From assembly GCA_930980855.1 (NCBI GenBank), contig CAKNIZ010000001.1, positions 87,198 to 151,197 on the forward strand: a DNA stretch of 64,000 nt, given 5' to 3'. The notes beneath the pieces are model-generated. The model was given only the letters and a program-made list of their open reading frames with translations, was not told where the DNA came from and did no database searches. Each line of letters starts with the position of its first letter. The stretch's first letter is position 1. This DNA comes from an uncultured Clostridium sp. (GTDB taxonomy: Bacteria; Bacillota; Clostridia; TANB77; CAG-508). Below, in pieces: positions 10,861-20,643 of the stretch. Position numbers and translations under genes: made by a program.

Positions 10861-13440
10861 CTAATAATTAGACCTCATTTTGTCTAAGGTTCCATTTACT
10901 CCTGCTGAAAATTGTGTTTGTGTCTGCTTTTTGTTTTTTCCTCCAAAAAATCCTCTTTTAGCTTTTTCATAATCTGGAGAATATTTTGAATAGCCAGAAT
11001 AATTTGAACTTGATCCTCCCTGTACTAATGGATATACCATATTAGCAAGTTCTTCTAAACTACTTAAAAATCTTTGTGAATATCCATTTAATGAAATTTG
11101 ACATAGAGCAATTGCCTCTAAATATCTTGCATAAGTTTGCTCTTCAAATGGAATCGTTACATATTTTATTGTATTTGGATTAAATAAGTCTCTTTGTAAG
11201 GTCATAGATGGTTCATTATATTTTGCCATTCCACCTAATATCATTTTGTCTGTTAATATTTTTAATTTCATTTCTTTATTAATAACAACTCTAAGCTTGC
11301 TTTCATCTAATGCATTCTTTAATTTTAATTCACTTAAGAATAATGTTAATGGTTGAATTGTTAATGCATCCATTGATTGGATTAAATAAATTTCTGTTGC
11401 ATTTGTAAAATAGTTAATATTTGTTTCGAAATCGCAATCCATTAAAACTGCTGAGTAATTATTATCTAAAGTTTGTAATATTGTATCAAAATTTTCTAAC
11501 TCAGAATCTTCTCCAGGTAGAGATGTAAACACTGTTAAATTTCTGTTTACTTGAACTCCTTCTGCAATTCCTCTTGATAAGCTTTTAATACTATTTCCCG
11601 CAATTTGCATTAAATTCTGATCATTATTTGTAAACATATAATATGAATTTTTATTCTTTGTTAAATCTAATATTGCAGTATTTATTCCTTTTTTAGATAA
11701 AAATTCAGCTAAATTATTTACTATAAAAGATGTTCCATTTTTACTTGTACCAACAAAAGCTAAAACTTTACTATTTTGAGCTATAAAGTTACTAGCTCTT
11801 ACTGTATTATTTTGATAGTTTTGTTTTACTAATTCTTCAGTTCCAAATGGATTCATATTATAAGGATTTTGATTATATGAATTATCATACACATTTGGTT
11901 GAACTGTATTATATGGACTTTCCATTGGTTGCACTGTACTATATGGTACTTCATTTGCTGGTACAGGATTATATGGCATTTCGCTTGGTTGAGCCATATT
12001 TGGTTGTGAATCATAAGCATATGGAGTAGATTGAATTTCTTGTTTTGGCTCTTCTATAAGTTTATTTACATTTTCTAAGTCATCTGCCATACCAAAAAGA
12101 TTTACCTCTGGCTCTAATGTAGTATTTGCTATTTCTACATTATTATTTTGAGGAGCACTATTTGTATCAACATCGCCCAAATCAAATAAGTTTATTGCTT
12201 CGTCACTTGTTTTTGGTGCTTCTTCTGGTTGTTCTGCTACTACCTTTTTAGGTCTTCCTCTTCCTCTTTTTACAGGTTGCTCTGCTTGGGCATTAGTTTC
12301 AACTTCTTCTGTATTTATTTTTTTAGGTCTTCCTCTTCTTTTTGGTTTTTCTTCAACCCCAGCAACTTCTTGAACTTGTTTTTCTGTTTCTATTGGAGCA
12401 ATTGGCTCAATTGGATTTACTTGACTAACTGTAGTATTTGAACTCATTTGTCTTGGTGGTTCAATTTGTCCAAATTGTTGCATTTGTTCATATGGATTAA
12501 ATTGTTCTATTGGCTCCTGTCTATTTTGCACAACATTTTGAACTGGTGCAGCTTGTCTTGGCATATTCACTGGATTACTTCTTTGTACATTTGCCTTTTC
12601 TATATCCATTGTTGAAGGTATAATAACAGGTTTTGTAAGTTTTGTTTTCTCTAAGTCCTTTGTTAATAAATCCATATCTTTACTTTTTATTGTTCTTTGT
12701 GGTGGTTGATATTGATTGTACTTTCCGTTTGTAAGTACAGTTCCACCGGTCATTAACTTATGATATTTTTCTGATTTTGACTCTAAAATAGCTTTTACAT
12801 TCATAGGTAAGAATTTTACAATAATTCTTAATTGAGTGTCATTATATTGTGAAGCAATGCTATCAAAACTTTCAACACATTTCTTTTCATTATTTCCGAT
12901 TTTTTTATAATGATTTAATATGTTTTGTATCTCTGTTTCGCTTACTTCCATCTCACTTTCTGGGGGTCTATATCCAACATCTTCTGAATCGATTTTATAA
13001 TAGCTTTTTGCTTCTTTCTTACTTCTTGGTTTATTTATTAAATTACATACTGTTTCTACATTTCTGTCATTTCCTAATAAGGCATTATAAATACCTATTC
13101 CAAATAATTTTACTAATAATTCATCTGATTTAGTTCTTCTATCTGAACAAATTAAAATTATTGGAATATCTTCTCCAGTATTTTTATATGCCTCATCACT
13201 AATATTATCTAATTTTTCAAATAAAAATTTATCTACGGTATCGTAGTTATTATTTGATATAGGTTCTAAATCTTCTCCAATAACAACAATATCATAGCTT
13301 TTGTCCTTTTGTAATTCTTTTATTATTGCATTAAAGTAATATACATTTTTACTAGTTATTATTTCTTTATATTTTTGTTGATATTTCTTTATAATTGAAT
13401 TTGAAACATTATCATTACTTACTGCAAATAAAACTTTCAT
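10861..13440 (-). CDS. 859-aa multidomain protein: receiver-like N-terminus, AT-hook-containing low-complexity linker, degenerate ParA/MinD-like C-terminus
   Basis: Two KRRGRPKK / KRGRGRPKK AT-hooks are present. The C-terminal VLAFVGTSKNGTS..AILDLT segment resembles a ParA/CpaE fold with a non-canonical P-loop. Confidence 0.5.
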   Translation of the reverse strand: MKVLFAVSNDNVSNSIIKKYQQKYKEIITSKNVYYFNAIIKELQKDKSYDIVVIGEDLEPISNNNYDTVDKFLFEKLDNISDEAYKNTGEDIPIILICSDRRTKSDELLVKLFGIGIYNALLGNDRNVETVCNLINKPRSKKEAKSYYKIDSEDVGYRPPESEMEVSETEIQNILNHYKKIGNNEKKCVESFDSIASQYNDTQLRIIVKFLPMNVKAILESKSEKYHKLMTGGTVLTNGKYNQYQPPQRTIKSKDMDLLTKDLEKTKLTKPVIIPSTMDIEKANVQRSNPVNMPRQAAPVQNVVQNRQEPIEQFNPYEQMQQFGQIEPPRQMSSNTTVSQVNPIEPIAPIETEKQVQEVAGVEEKPKRRGRPKKINTEEVETNAQAEQPVKRGRGRPKKVVAEQPEEAPKTSDEAINLFDLGDVDTNSAPQNNNVEIANTTLEPEVNLFGMADDLENVNKLIEEPKQEIQSTPYAYDSQPNMAQPSEMPYNPVPANEVPYSTVQPMESPYNTVQPNVYDNSYNQNPYNMNPFGTEELVKQNYQNNTVRASNFIAQNSKVLAFVGTSKNGTSFIVNNLAEFLSKKGINTAILDLTKNKNSYYMFTNNDQNLMQIAGNSIKSLSRGIAEGVQVNRNLTVFTSLPGEDSELENFDTILQTLDNNYSAVLMDCDFETNINYFTNATEIYLIQSMDALTIQPLTLFLSELKLKNALDESKLRVVINKEMKLKILTDKMILGGMAKYNEPSMTLQRDLFNPNTIKYVTIPFEEQTYARYLEAIALCQISLNGYSQRFLSSLEELANMVYPLVQGGSSSNYSGYSKYSPDYEKAKRGFFGGKNKKQTQTQFSAGVNGTLDKMRSNY

Positions 13441-13443
13441 TCG

Positions 13444-13893
13444 TTAACCCCTCCAACCTTTTACTACAACTGCGAAAATAAGTGGTAGCACTTGACAAAT
13501 AATTAGCATTGTCACAATTCCTATCATAGCATTAAAGCCTTTATCTCTAACATCTAATTTTCTTATTCCTATAACATATTGATATATCGCACTAATTGCT
13601 ATTCCTAAAAATCCAACAGGAATACTATAAATTCTAACTTTATCTAATATGTATGCAACTAATCCATATGTATCACTTCCATAAGCTTGTTTATAATCTT
13701 CTAATGAGCTTAATTCTTTTTCTTTTATTTCAACTAATTGACTTTTTGTTTCATTTGATATTATTTCGCCTTCAATATTAGTATTAGTAGCATATACAGA
13801 ACTTATACTTAAAATGCTAATAATGATGAAAAAAACTGCAATTGCTTTTCTCATATTTTTTCTCCCTTCTTTGTTACTTATATTATAATACAC
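13444..13893 (-). CDS. hypothetical membrane protein
   Basis: A signal/TM at the N-terminus and two further TM segments are present. Confidence 0.35.
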   Translation of the reverse strand: MYYNISNKEGRKNMRKAIAVFFIIISILSISSVYATNTNIEGEIISNETKSQLVEIKEKELSSLEDYKQAYGSDTYGLVAYILDKVRIYSIPVGFLGIAISAIYQYVIGIRKLDVRDKGFNAMIGIVTMLIICQVLPLIFAVVVKGWRG

Positions 13894-13920
13894 TAATATC
13901 CGTAAAATATCAAGTAAATA

Positions 13921-15156
13921 TTATAATTTATTATATAAATAAGTCATCCATTTAAATACTCCATTTGCCCAATTTTTGTCTGTTGCATATCTCTTATTAA
14001 CAGCTGTCAATGTTGCTCCTTCATAGTAAGTACCAGATGCTGTTTCTCCTCCATAAATAGGTGTTCCCTTAGGATTTAAATAATATTTTACAAATACACG
14101 AGCAATTAAATCTATTCCTTCTGCATAGCTTTGGAATGTGTATGCACTTCCTGATGGATCACTATCATATGCTCCGTAGCCAAATAAGTTCTTTTTGTTT
14201 TTTGAGATACTTGATGTTCCCCATCCGCTTTCATGTATACCTACTGCAGCAACAAAAATTCCGTTTATATTATATTGTTGCTCTATATAGTAAAAATATT
14301 CAGCATTTTCTGTAAAAACATTATTTTTGTCATTAGAGTCATTTTCTAAAACTTTCTTAAATTGTTCTAAAGACAAACCACTTGGTTTATTTAAAAGCAT
14401 ACTAAATCCAAGATTTTGTGACAATTGTTCTTTTGTGTATTGAATATTATTTTCGTCACCATCACCTGTGCCATTAGGATTTACATACTCTAGGCAATCC
14501 ATTTTTGCCCAACCTAGATAATTCTCGTATGCTACATAATACCAATCGCCTTGTTTAGCTTTTAATGTAACTTTCTGTCCTTTATTGATTGTTACTATTT
14601 TTTCAGAATTTTCGTCTGGATTAACTCTTATTGGTAATGTTATAGATGTAGCTTGCAATTCATCTCCTACAACTGGTACATATGTATTAGAATATGCTCC
14701 TGTTCCGATTTGAACAATTTTATCTATTGATGCTTTTGTTATTTGAGATGAAACTTGTGTTGATGAAATTAACTTGTCCCCTTCATATATGTTTTTTAGT
14801 ACAGAATTTTGTTTTCCATCAACACCTTCTTGCAATACTTGGATTTTTCCTTTTGCAAGTGATGAATTTTCTATGTATTGTGTTGTAAATTCAATGTCTG
14901 TCTCTTGTGTTTCTAATCTTTCTACTTTTTTTATTTTTGTATTATTTTCTACAATTTCATCTATATTAATCTCTTTGCTTTTATCTTTTTTAGTAATTGG
15001 TACTTCCACTGCTAATATTGCTTTTTCTTCTTCTGCTGCATATGATTCATTTCTTGTGTAATATATACCAAAAATAATAGCTATAACTAATGCTACGGCT
15101 ATTAAAGATACTAAAATATACACCCATACCTTCGACTTTCTTACCATATTTTTCAC
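13921..15156 (-). CDS. cell-wall hydrolase with SH3-like and glucosaminidase (GH73) domains
   Basis: VAAVGIHESGWGTS...LFGYGAYD is the glucosaminidase signature. An N-terminal TM and a WYYV SH3b-like segment are also present. Confidence 0.7.
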   Translation of the reverse strand: MKNMVRKSKVWVYILVSLIAVALVIAIIFGIYYTRNESYAAEEEKAILAVEVPITKKDKSKEINIDEIVENNTKIKKVERLETQETDIEFTTQYIENSSLAKGKIQVLQEGVDGKQNSVLKNIYEGDKLISSTQVSSQITKASIDKIVQIGTGAYSNTYVPVVGDELQATSITLPIRVNPDENSEKIVTINKGQKVTLKAKQGDWYYVAYENYLGWAKMDCLEYVNPNGTGDGDENNIQYTKEQLSQNLGFSMLLNKPSGLSLEQFKKVLENDSNDKNNVFTENAEYFYYIEQQYNINGIFVAAVGIHESGWGTSSISKNKKNLFGYGAYDSDPSGSAYTFQSYAEGIDLIARVFVKYYLNPKGTPIYGGETASGTYYEGATLTAVNKRYATDKNWANGVFKWMTYLYNKL

Positions 15157-15269
15157 CTATTAATATTGTAATATTAAAGTCGTTTTTTGTCAATTAATGT
15201 ATTCAAAATGTAACACTAAAAAAATATTATGGGCGTTCCTTATATTTCATATTTTTTACAAAAATAAAA

Positions 15270-15346
15270 ATATGATTTTAAATTCAAGGGGAGCGACGAG
15301 CGAGCCGTACGGAGCGTCCCTGCTCCGGGAATTTAAAACCATATAT
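15270..15346. repeat. GC-rich MITE-like palindromic element, family A copy 1
   Basis: About 17-bp terminal inverted repeats (ATATGATTTTAAATTC / GAATTTAAAACCATATAT) flank the core CAAGGGGAGCGACGAGCGAGCCGTACGGAGCGTCCCTGCTCCGGG. A near-identical copy lies at 20755-20834. Confidence 0.75.
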
Positions 15347-15399
15347 TTATTTTTAGTAATATAATTCAAATTTTAAGGAATGTCTCTAAAATTTATTTT

Positions 15400-16689
15400 T
15401 TAAGTAACATTTTGTGTTCCTTCATTTTCTACTTCTTCTGTTTCTTGTTTTGTATTATCTATTTCTGGTCCTACTATTTCAGTTATTTTCTTAAGTTCTC
15501 TTTTCATTAGATTGTACATTGATTCAGAATATTCACTTGTTCCACTTTCATATTCAGATATTATATTTTCTATATCTAACAATTCATATCTGTCTTTTGC
15601 ATTCGAACCATTATCATAAACATATACTGGTGTATAGGTTGCTTTATCTATCGTAATTTCTCCAGTTTGTCCATTTTTTCTAACTTCAACATTTACTATC
15701 AAAGTATCTCTTGTATACTCTTGAGTTTGTGCAGAAAAGAAATTTCCCATTGAATATATTACAAATCCTTCTCTTTTTGTTCCATCATCTAAAGTAACTT
15801 CTTTCATTTCCATTGGTTCTGGAACGTGTGAATGGTTTCCCAGTATTATATCTGCTCCATTTTTTATCAAGAATTCTGCTAATTCTTCTTGTTCTTCTGT
15901 TGGTTTAATTCTATACTCAGAACCCCAATGCATACTAACAACTATAAGTTCTGCGCCTTCTTCTTTTGCCTTATCTAATTGCTGTTTCATAAAATCTTTA
16001 TCTATTAAGTTTACACTATATTCTCTACCACTTGGAATAGGAATTCCATTTGTTCCATAAGTATAGCATAAGAAAGCTGTTTTAATTCCTTCTAAATCTT
16101 TAAATAATATTGTATTTTGTTCTTCAACACTTCTTGATGTACCTGTATGAGCTATGCCATATTCATCTAATTTATCTAATGTTGAAACTAGACCAGAATA
16201 TCCCTTATCTATGCAATGATTATTTGCTGTAGTTAATATGTCTATTCCCATTTCCTTCATATCATACGCTAATTCAGCTGGTGAATTAAACGTTGGATAT
16301 CCAGAATATCCTCTTTCTTCTCCTGCTAAAGTCGTTTCCAAATTTCCTACTGCCACTGTTGCACTTTCAATATATTTTGTTATATTTTTAAACATTGGTG
16401 AGAAATCATATGTTCCAGTTTCACTATTATATGCATCTTTAAAATTTTGGCTATGACATAATGCGTCTCCAATTCCAACTATATTGATTACTGTATCCTC
16501 TGGTATCACTTCTTCTATTTTATTTTCCCCCTCTTTGCTATTAACAATTTCATTGTTTTGTGCTTGCTTTCCCAATATATCCGGATTGTTTACAAGAATA
16601 TATATTCCAGCTGATAATGCAATTAATAATATAATTACCATTACTCCTAAAAAAACATTTAATTTATTTATTTTCTTTTTTCTAGCCAT
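15400..16689 (-). CDS. CapA/PgsA-family metallophosphatase (poly-gamma-glutamate synthesis-like)
   Basis: An N-terminal TM and the GDALCH...NNHCID...GNHSHV metallophosphatase motifs are present. Confidence 0.75.
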   Translation of the reverse strand: MARKKKINKLNVFLGVMVIILLIALSAGIYILVNNPDILGKQAQNNEIVNSKEGENKIEEVIPEDTVINIVGIGDALCHSQNFKDAYNSETGTYDFSPMFKNITKYIESATVAVGNLETTLAGEERGYSGYPTFNSPAELAYDMKEMGIDILTTANNHCIDKGYSGLVSTLDKLDEYGIAHTGTSRSVEEQNTILFKDLEGIKTAFLCYTYGTNGIPIPSGREYSVNLIDKDFMKQQLDKAKEEGAELIVVSMHWGSEYRIKPTEEQEELAEFLIKNGADIILGNHSHVPEPMEMKEVTLDDGTKREGFVIYSMGNFFSAQTQEYTRDTLIVNVEVRKNGQTGEITIDKATYTPVYVYDNGSNAKDRYELLDIENIISEYESGTSEYSESMYNLMKRELKKITEIVGPEIDNTKQETEEVENEGTQNVT

Positions 16690-16691
16690 TT

Positions 16692-17552
16692 TTATCCCCC
16701 TATTTGTTTATTTGTTTTTTCTAATATCAAATATCTTTTTTCTATTATGTTTTTATAAAATTCTTTCCTAACATTAGACAAGCATTCTATACTATCTATA
16801 AAATTATTTATTTTTTCCATATCTATTTTATCAAATATTCTTTTTATTGCACTATTACATTCTTCATTTTTCATTTCTTTTATAAATGTCATATAATTAA
16901 TTTTCTTACCATTTTCTTTTATGCAAGAATAGCAATTAATTGCTAAATTTTTCAATTCTATTTCCGTTATTCTCTCTAGTTCTTCATCTTCTAGCATTGG
17001 ATTTAAACATGAGCCGCAATCATATATTGGTGAAAATTTAATTTCCTTAGTATTTCTATTTAAAATAAATCCCCAATTTCCATTGTGTCTATCCGTATTT
17101 CCAATCAAACTATCTATAATAAACATATCCCAAAATTTTTCTTTTATTTCTTCTTGATGAATCATCTTGTTTTCATCTAAAACTTCCATAATGTCTTCTA
17201 TATCTGTTTCAATTTTTTTGTCAGGATTTGTACTTAATGCTAAACTTTCAAATTCATATAATATATTTTCATCATCTGTAAAATCTTCACAAGCACATAC
17301 AATTTTTTCTTTTCCGTTATAAAAATATTTTCCAAGCACTGTGTTTTGCGTTTCAAATCCAACTATTTTAAATATATTACTTCCCACATATTCTGAAAAA
17401 GCATTGTTAATATATGAAATGTTTTTATTCTTTTCTCTGACTGGGTCAGGAAATTTTACTAAATATTTTTTGTTATCATATATAAGTGTTTTCTTTTTTT
17501 CAGACCCTTTATAATTATTGAATTCTTCAATTGCGTTTGTAAAATCAATCAT
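16692..17552 (-). CDS. HipA-like (CtkA-family) putative Ser/Thr kinase
   Basis: The IDSLIGNTDRHNGNWGFI catalytic-loop motif matches the HipA C-terminal domain. No HipB partner is adjacent. Confidence 0.55.
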   Translation of the reverse strand: MIDFTNAIEEFNNYKGSEKKKTLIYDNKKYLVKFPDPVREKNKNISYINNAFSEYVGSNIFKIVGFETQNTVLGKYFYNGKEKIVCACEDFTDDENILYEFESLALSTNPDKKIETDIEDIMEVLDENKMIHQEEIKEKFWDMFIIDSLIGNTDRHNGNWGFILNRNTKEIKFSPIYDCGSCLNPMLEDEELERITEIELKNLAINCYSCIKENGKKINYMTFIKEMKNEECNSAIKRIFDKIDMEKINNFIDSIECLSNVRKEFYKNIIEKRYLILEKTNKQIGG

Positions 17553-17696
17553 CTTTTTCCCTTCTTTCTATTATACAAATATAATAGCATAAATAATTTC
17601 ACATATCTAGTTAATTTATAATTTTATTTTAAAATTTTGCATAAATCTTCATGTAATGCACATAATAGCAATATAATGAAAAAATTAGGAGGAAAA

Positions 17697-18245
17697 ATGA
17701 AAGCGACAGGAGTAGTAAGAAGAATAGATGATTTAGGAAGAATCGTTATTCCTAAAGAAATCAGAAAAACTTTGAGAATAAAAGAAGGCGACCCATTGGA
17801 GATTTTCACAGAAAAAGATGGTGATATAATTTTAAAGAAATATTCTCCAATTGGTGAACTTTCTAATTTTGCAACAGAGTATGTTGAAAGTTTGAATAAA
17901 ATCACTGGACATATTAGCATAATAACAGACAGAGATACAGTTATAGCAGTAGCAGGAACTCCAAAAAAAGATATATTGGAACAAAAAATAAGTAGTAGCC
18001 TTGAAAAAGTATTTGAAAATAGGCAAAAATTTATTGGTGACGGCAATAATTCTATTTTAATTACTGAAAAAGGCAATAGAGAAAAAGAAATGAATCCTCA
18101 AGTTATTGCTCCGATTATCTCTGATGGGGATGTTATAGGAAGTGTTGCTTTAATAAGCAAAGATTCCTCTTCAAAAATGAGCAAGACAGAAGAAGAAATT
18201 GTGTCTGTTGCAGCAGCTTTTTTAGGAAGCCAAATGGAAATATAA
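17697..18245 (+). CDS. spoVT: stage V sporulation protein T (AbrB-type DNA-binding plus GAF domain)
   Basis: MKATGVVRRIDDLGRIVIPKEIR is the AbrB/SpoVT swapped-hairpin motif. An AGGAGG RBS precedes the ATG at 17697. Confidence 0.85.
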   Translation: MKATGVVRRIDDLGRIVIPKEIRKTLRIKEGDPLEIFTEKDGDIILKKYSPIGELSNFATEYVESLNKITGHISIITDRDTVIAVAGTPKKDILEQKISSSLEKVFENRQKFIGDGNNSILITEKGNREKEMNPQVIAPIISDGDVIGSVALISKDSSSKMSKTEEEIVSVAAAFLGSQMEI

Positions 18246-18260
18246 TTTTTTCAAATTTTT

Positions 18261-18290
18261 AAGAGCCTCTTTATTGAGGCTCTTTTATTT
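18261..18290. terminator. bidirectional terminator between spoVT and mazF
   Basis: AAGAGCCTC-TTTATT-GAGGCTCTT is a perfect 9-bp stem followed by a T-run. Confidence 0.65.
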
Positions 18291-18294
18291 TCTA

Positions 18295-18627
18295 TTATTT
18301 AATTTGTTCTAACTCAGAATAAATAATATCTATAACATTTTGCAATATGTCATTTGGTAAATTTTCTATTATTTGATATGTCCTACTATTTAAATCAAGT
18401 GCTTTTATATGTTCACATAGTATCACTCCAGTTGTTTTCGTTCTATTATCTAGCGGAACATGCAAAGGAAATTTATTATCTGTATTTGTGATTGGACATA
18501 CAATAGATAATCTGGTTTTTCTGTTAAATATATTATTACTTATAACGACTGCTGGTCTATAGCCTGCTTGCTCATGCCCTGATTGTGGATTAAAATTAAT
18601 TTTTATAATTTGTCCTTGTTCTACCAT
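18295..18627 (-). CDS. mazF: type II toxin MazF/PemK endoribonuclease
   Basis: GQIIKINFNPQSGHEQAGYRPAVVIS matches the PemK/MazF fold signature. Confidence 0.85.
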   Translation of the reverse strand: MVEQGQIIKINFNPQSGHEQAGYRPAVVISNNIFNRKTRLSIVCPITNTDNKFPLHVPLDNRTKTTGVILCEHIKALDLNSRTYQIIENLPNDILQNVIDIIYSELEQIK

Positions 18628-18893
18628 ATTTCCTCTCCTTTAGGCTCTCCCCAATCAATTTCTATTGGTTCATAATCATCTTTATAATCTTGAAATAATT
18701 CTTTTATGTTTTTTCTCTTATGTTGATTTGCTTTTTCTAAAATTAATTTTCCTTTATCAATAACAATTATAATTTGTTCATTTTCTGACCATTCAACACT
18801 GTCTAAAAGTGCTTTGGGTATTCTTATTCCTTGACTATTTCCCCATTTTTGAATAGTTGTTGTCATTTTACCATCTCCTTTTTGTATATACAT
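18621..18893 (-). CDS. mazE: antitoxin MazE/PemI (AbrB-fold)
   Basis: WGNSQGIRIPKALL is a swapped-hairpin motif, and the ORF overlaps the mazF start. Confidence 0.75.
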   Translation of the reverse strand: MYIQKGDGKMTTTIQKWGNSQGIRIPKALLDSVEWSENEQIIIVIDKGKLILEKANQHKRKNIKELFQDYKDDYEPIEIDWGEPKGEEIW

Positions 18894-19070
18894 AGTATAT
18901 ACAATATTTTAAAAATTGTCAATTATATTTGAATTTTTTATAATATTTTTTACATTAAAAATTAATTTTATTCTTTTTTCTTTATTCTTGAAGTAGCTTC
19001 TTTCCCTTGCATTTTGGTAAATTTTGTAGTAGAATAATGTCATAATTTTTTATGTAGAAAGGAGATTTTT

Positions 19071-20639
19071 ATGAGTAAATATTATGTTACTACTCCTATA
19101 TATTACCCAAGTGGTAAGTTTCATATAGGCACTGCTTACACAACAGTTTTAGCAGATTTTTTAAAAAGATATAAAGCGCTTCAGGGATATGATACTTACA
19201 TGCTAACTGGTACTGATGAGCATGGTCAAAAAATCCAAGACAAAGCAAAAGAATGTAACTTATCTCCTAAGGAATATGTTGATATACAAGCAAATATTGC
19301 AAAAGAATTATGGGCTAAAATGAAAATTGATTATAATAAATTTATAAGAACTACTGATGAATATCATGTAAAAGCAGTTCAAGAAATTTTTGAAAGATTT
19401 TTAAATCAAGGCGATATTTATAAAGGAGAATATGAAGGCTGGTATTGTAAGCCTTGTGAATCATACTTTACTGAAACACAATTAGTAGATGGAAAATGTC
19501 CTGATTGTGGCAGAGAAGTTATCAAAATGAAAGAAGAAGCATATTTCTTTAACATGAAAAAATATGCAGATAAATTATTAAAATATTATGATGAACATCC
19601 AGATTTTATTGTTCCAGAATACAGAAAACAAGAAATGATAAACAACTTCATAAAACCTGGTTTGGAAGATTTATGTGTTACAAGAACATCTTTTGATTGG
19701 GGTATTAAAGTTGAAAGTGACCCTAAACATGTTATTTATGTTTGGTTAGATGCTCTTACAAATTATCTAACTGCACTTGGTTACTTATCTCAAGACGATT
19801 CTTTATTTAATAAGTATTGGCCAGCAGATGTACATTTAGTTGGAAAAGATATTGCTAGATTCCATTTAATTTATTGGCCTATATTCTTAATGGCATTAGA
19901 TTTACCATTACCAAAAACTATTTTTGTTCATAACTGGTTTATGATGAAAGATGGTAAAATGTCTAAATCTAAAGGAAATGTAATCTATCCAGATCAATTA
20001 ATTGATAAATACGGATTAGATGCTACTAAATATTTCTTATTAAGAGAATTACCTTTATCTCAAGATGGTCTATTCTCTCCAGAAGGTTTTGTAGAAAGAT
20101 ATAACTACGATTTATGTAATGACTTAAGCAATTTACTTAACAGAACAGTTTCAATGGTTAATAAATATTTTGATGGGCATGTTCCAGAATATGTTGGAAC
20201 ACCTAATGAAGTAGATTCAGAATTAGAAAAAGCTTCTGAAGATGTTATAACTAACTTTACAAATTTAGTCGATAAATTTGATATTGCAAATACTATTCAA
20301 GCTATTTGGAACTATGTTGCTAGAACAAATAAATATATAGATGAGACTTCTCCTTGGGTTTTAGCTAAAAATGAAGAAGATACAGAAAAATTAAAATCTT
20401 GTATGTATCATTTAGTTGCAAATCTTAGAGAAATTGCAATTCTAATCACACCTTTTATGTTTGAAACATCTCAAAATATGTTAAGACAATTAGGTATTTT
20501 AAGTGACATTACTTGGGATAGTTTAAAAGAATACAAAGATATAAAGAATGTAAAAGTTATTGAAAAAGGTGAACCTATTTTCATGAGATTAAACGCTGAA
20601 GAAGAAGTTCAATATATAAAAGATTTAATGAAGAAATAA
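19071..20639 (+). CDS. metG: methionine--tRNA ligase (short form)
   Basis: PIYYPSGKFHIGTAY is the HIGH-like motif, KMSKSKGN is the KMSKS motif, and the CPDCG zinc knuckle is present. Confidence 0.9.
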   Translation: MSKYYVTTPIYYPSGKFHIGTAYTTVLADFLKRYKALQGYDTYMLTGTDEHGQKIQDKAKECNLSPKEYVDIQANIAKELWAKMKIDYNKFIRTTDEYHVKAVQEIFERFLNQGDIYKGEYEGWYCKPCESYFTETQLVDGKCPDCGREVIKMKEEAYFFNMKKYADKLLKYYDEHPDFIVPEYRKQEMINNFIKPGLEDLCVTRTSFDWGIKVESDPKHVIYVWLDALTNYLTALGYLSQDDSLFNKYWPADVHLVGKDIARFHLIYWPIFLMALDLPLPKTIFVHNWFMMKDGKMSKSKGNVIYPDQLIDKYGLDATKYFLLRELPLSQDGLFSPEGFVERYNYDLCNDLSNLLNRTVSMVNKYFDGHVPEYVGTPNEVDSELEKASEDVITNFTNLVDKFDIANTIQAIWNYVARTNKYIDETSPWVLAKNEEDTEKLKSCMYHLVANLREIAILITPFMFETSQNMLRQLGILSDITWDSLKEYKDIKNVKVIEKGEPIFMRLNAEEEVQYIKDLMKK

Positions 20640-20643
20640 ATTA

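Noticed and set aside
10861-13440. CpaE/TadZ of a Tad pilus locus
   Set aside because: Receiver plus ParA-like architecture resembles CpaE. No tad/cpa/secretin/prepilin peptidase genes are nearby, and the P-loop is degenerate.
17624-18076. 150-aa ORF antisense to spoVT, plus many 60-100-aa ORFs antisense to real genes (e.g. 1829-2122, 12849-13133, 29007-29309, 57841-58128)
   Set aside because: These ORFs have low complexity, rich in Leu/Phe/Ile, which is typical of AT-rich antisense frames. They lack RBS signals and overlap well-supported genes.
19071-20639. MetRS appears truncated (522 aa, no C-terminal tRNA-binding extension)
   Set aside because: Short-form MetRS lacking the EMAP-like C-domain is normal in many Firmicutes. 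The ORF ends at a clean stop followed by terminator-like elements.
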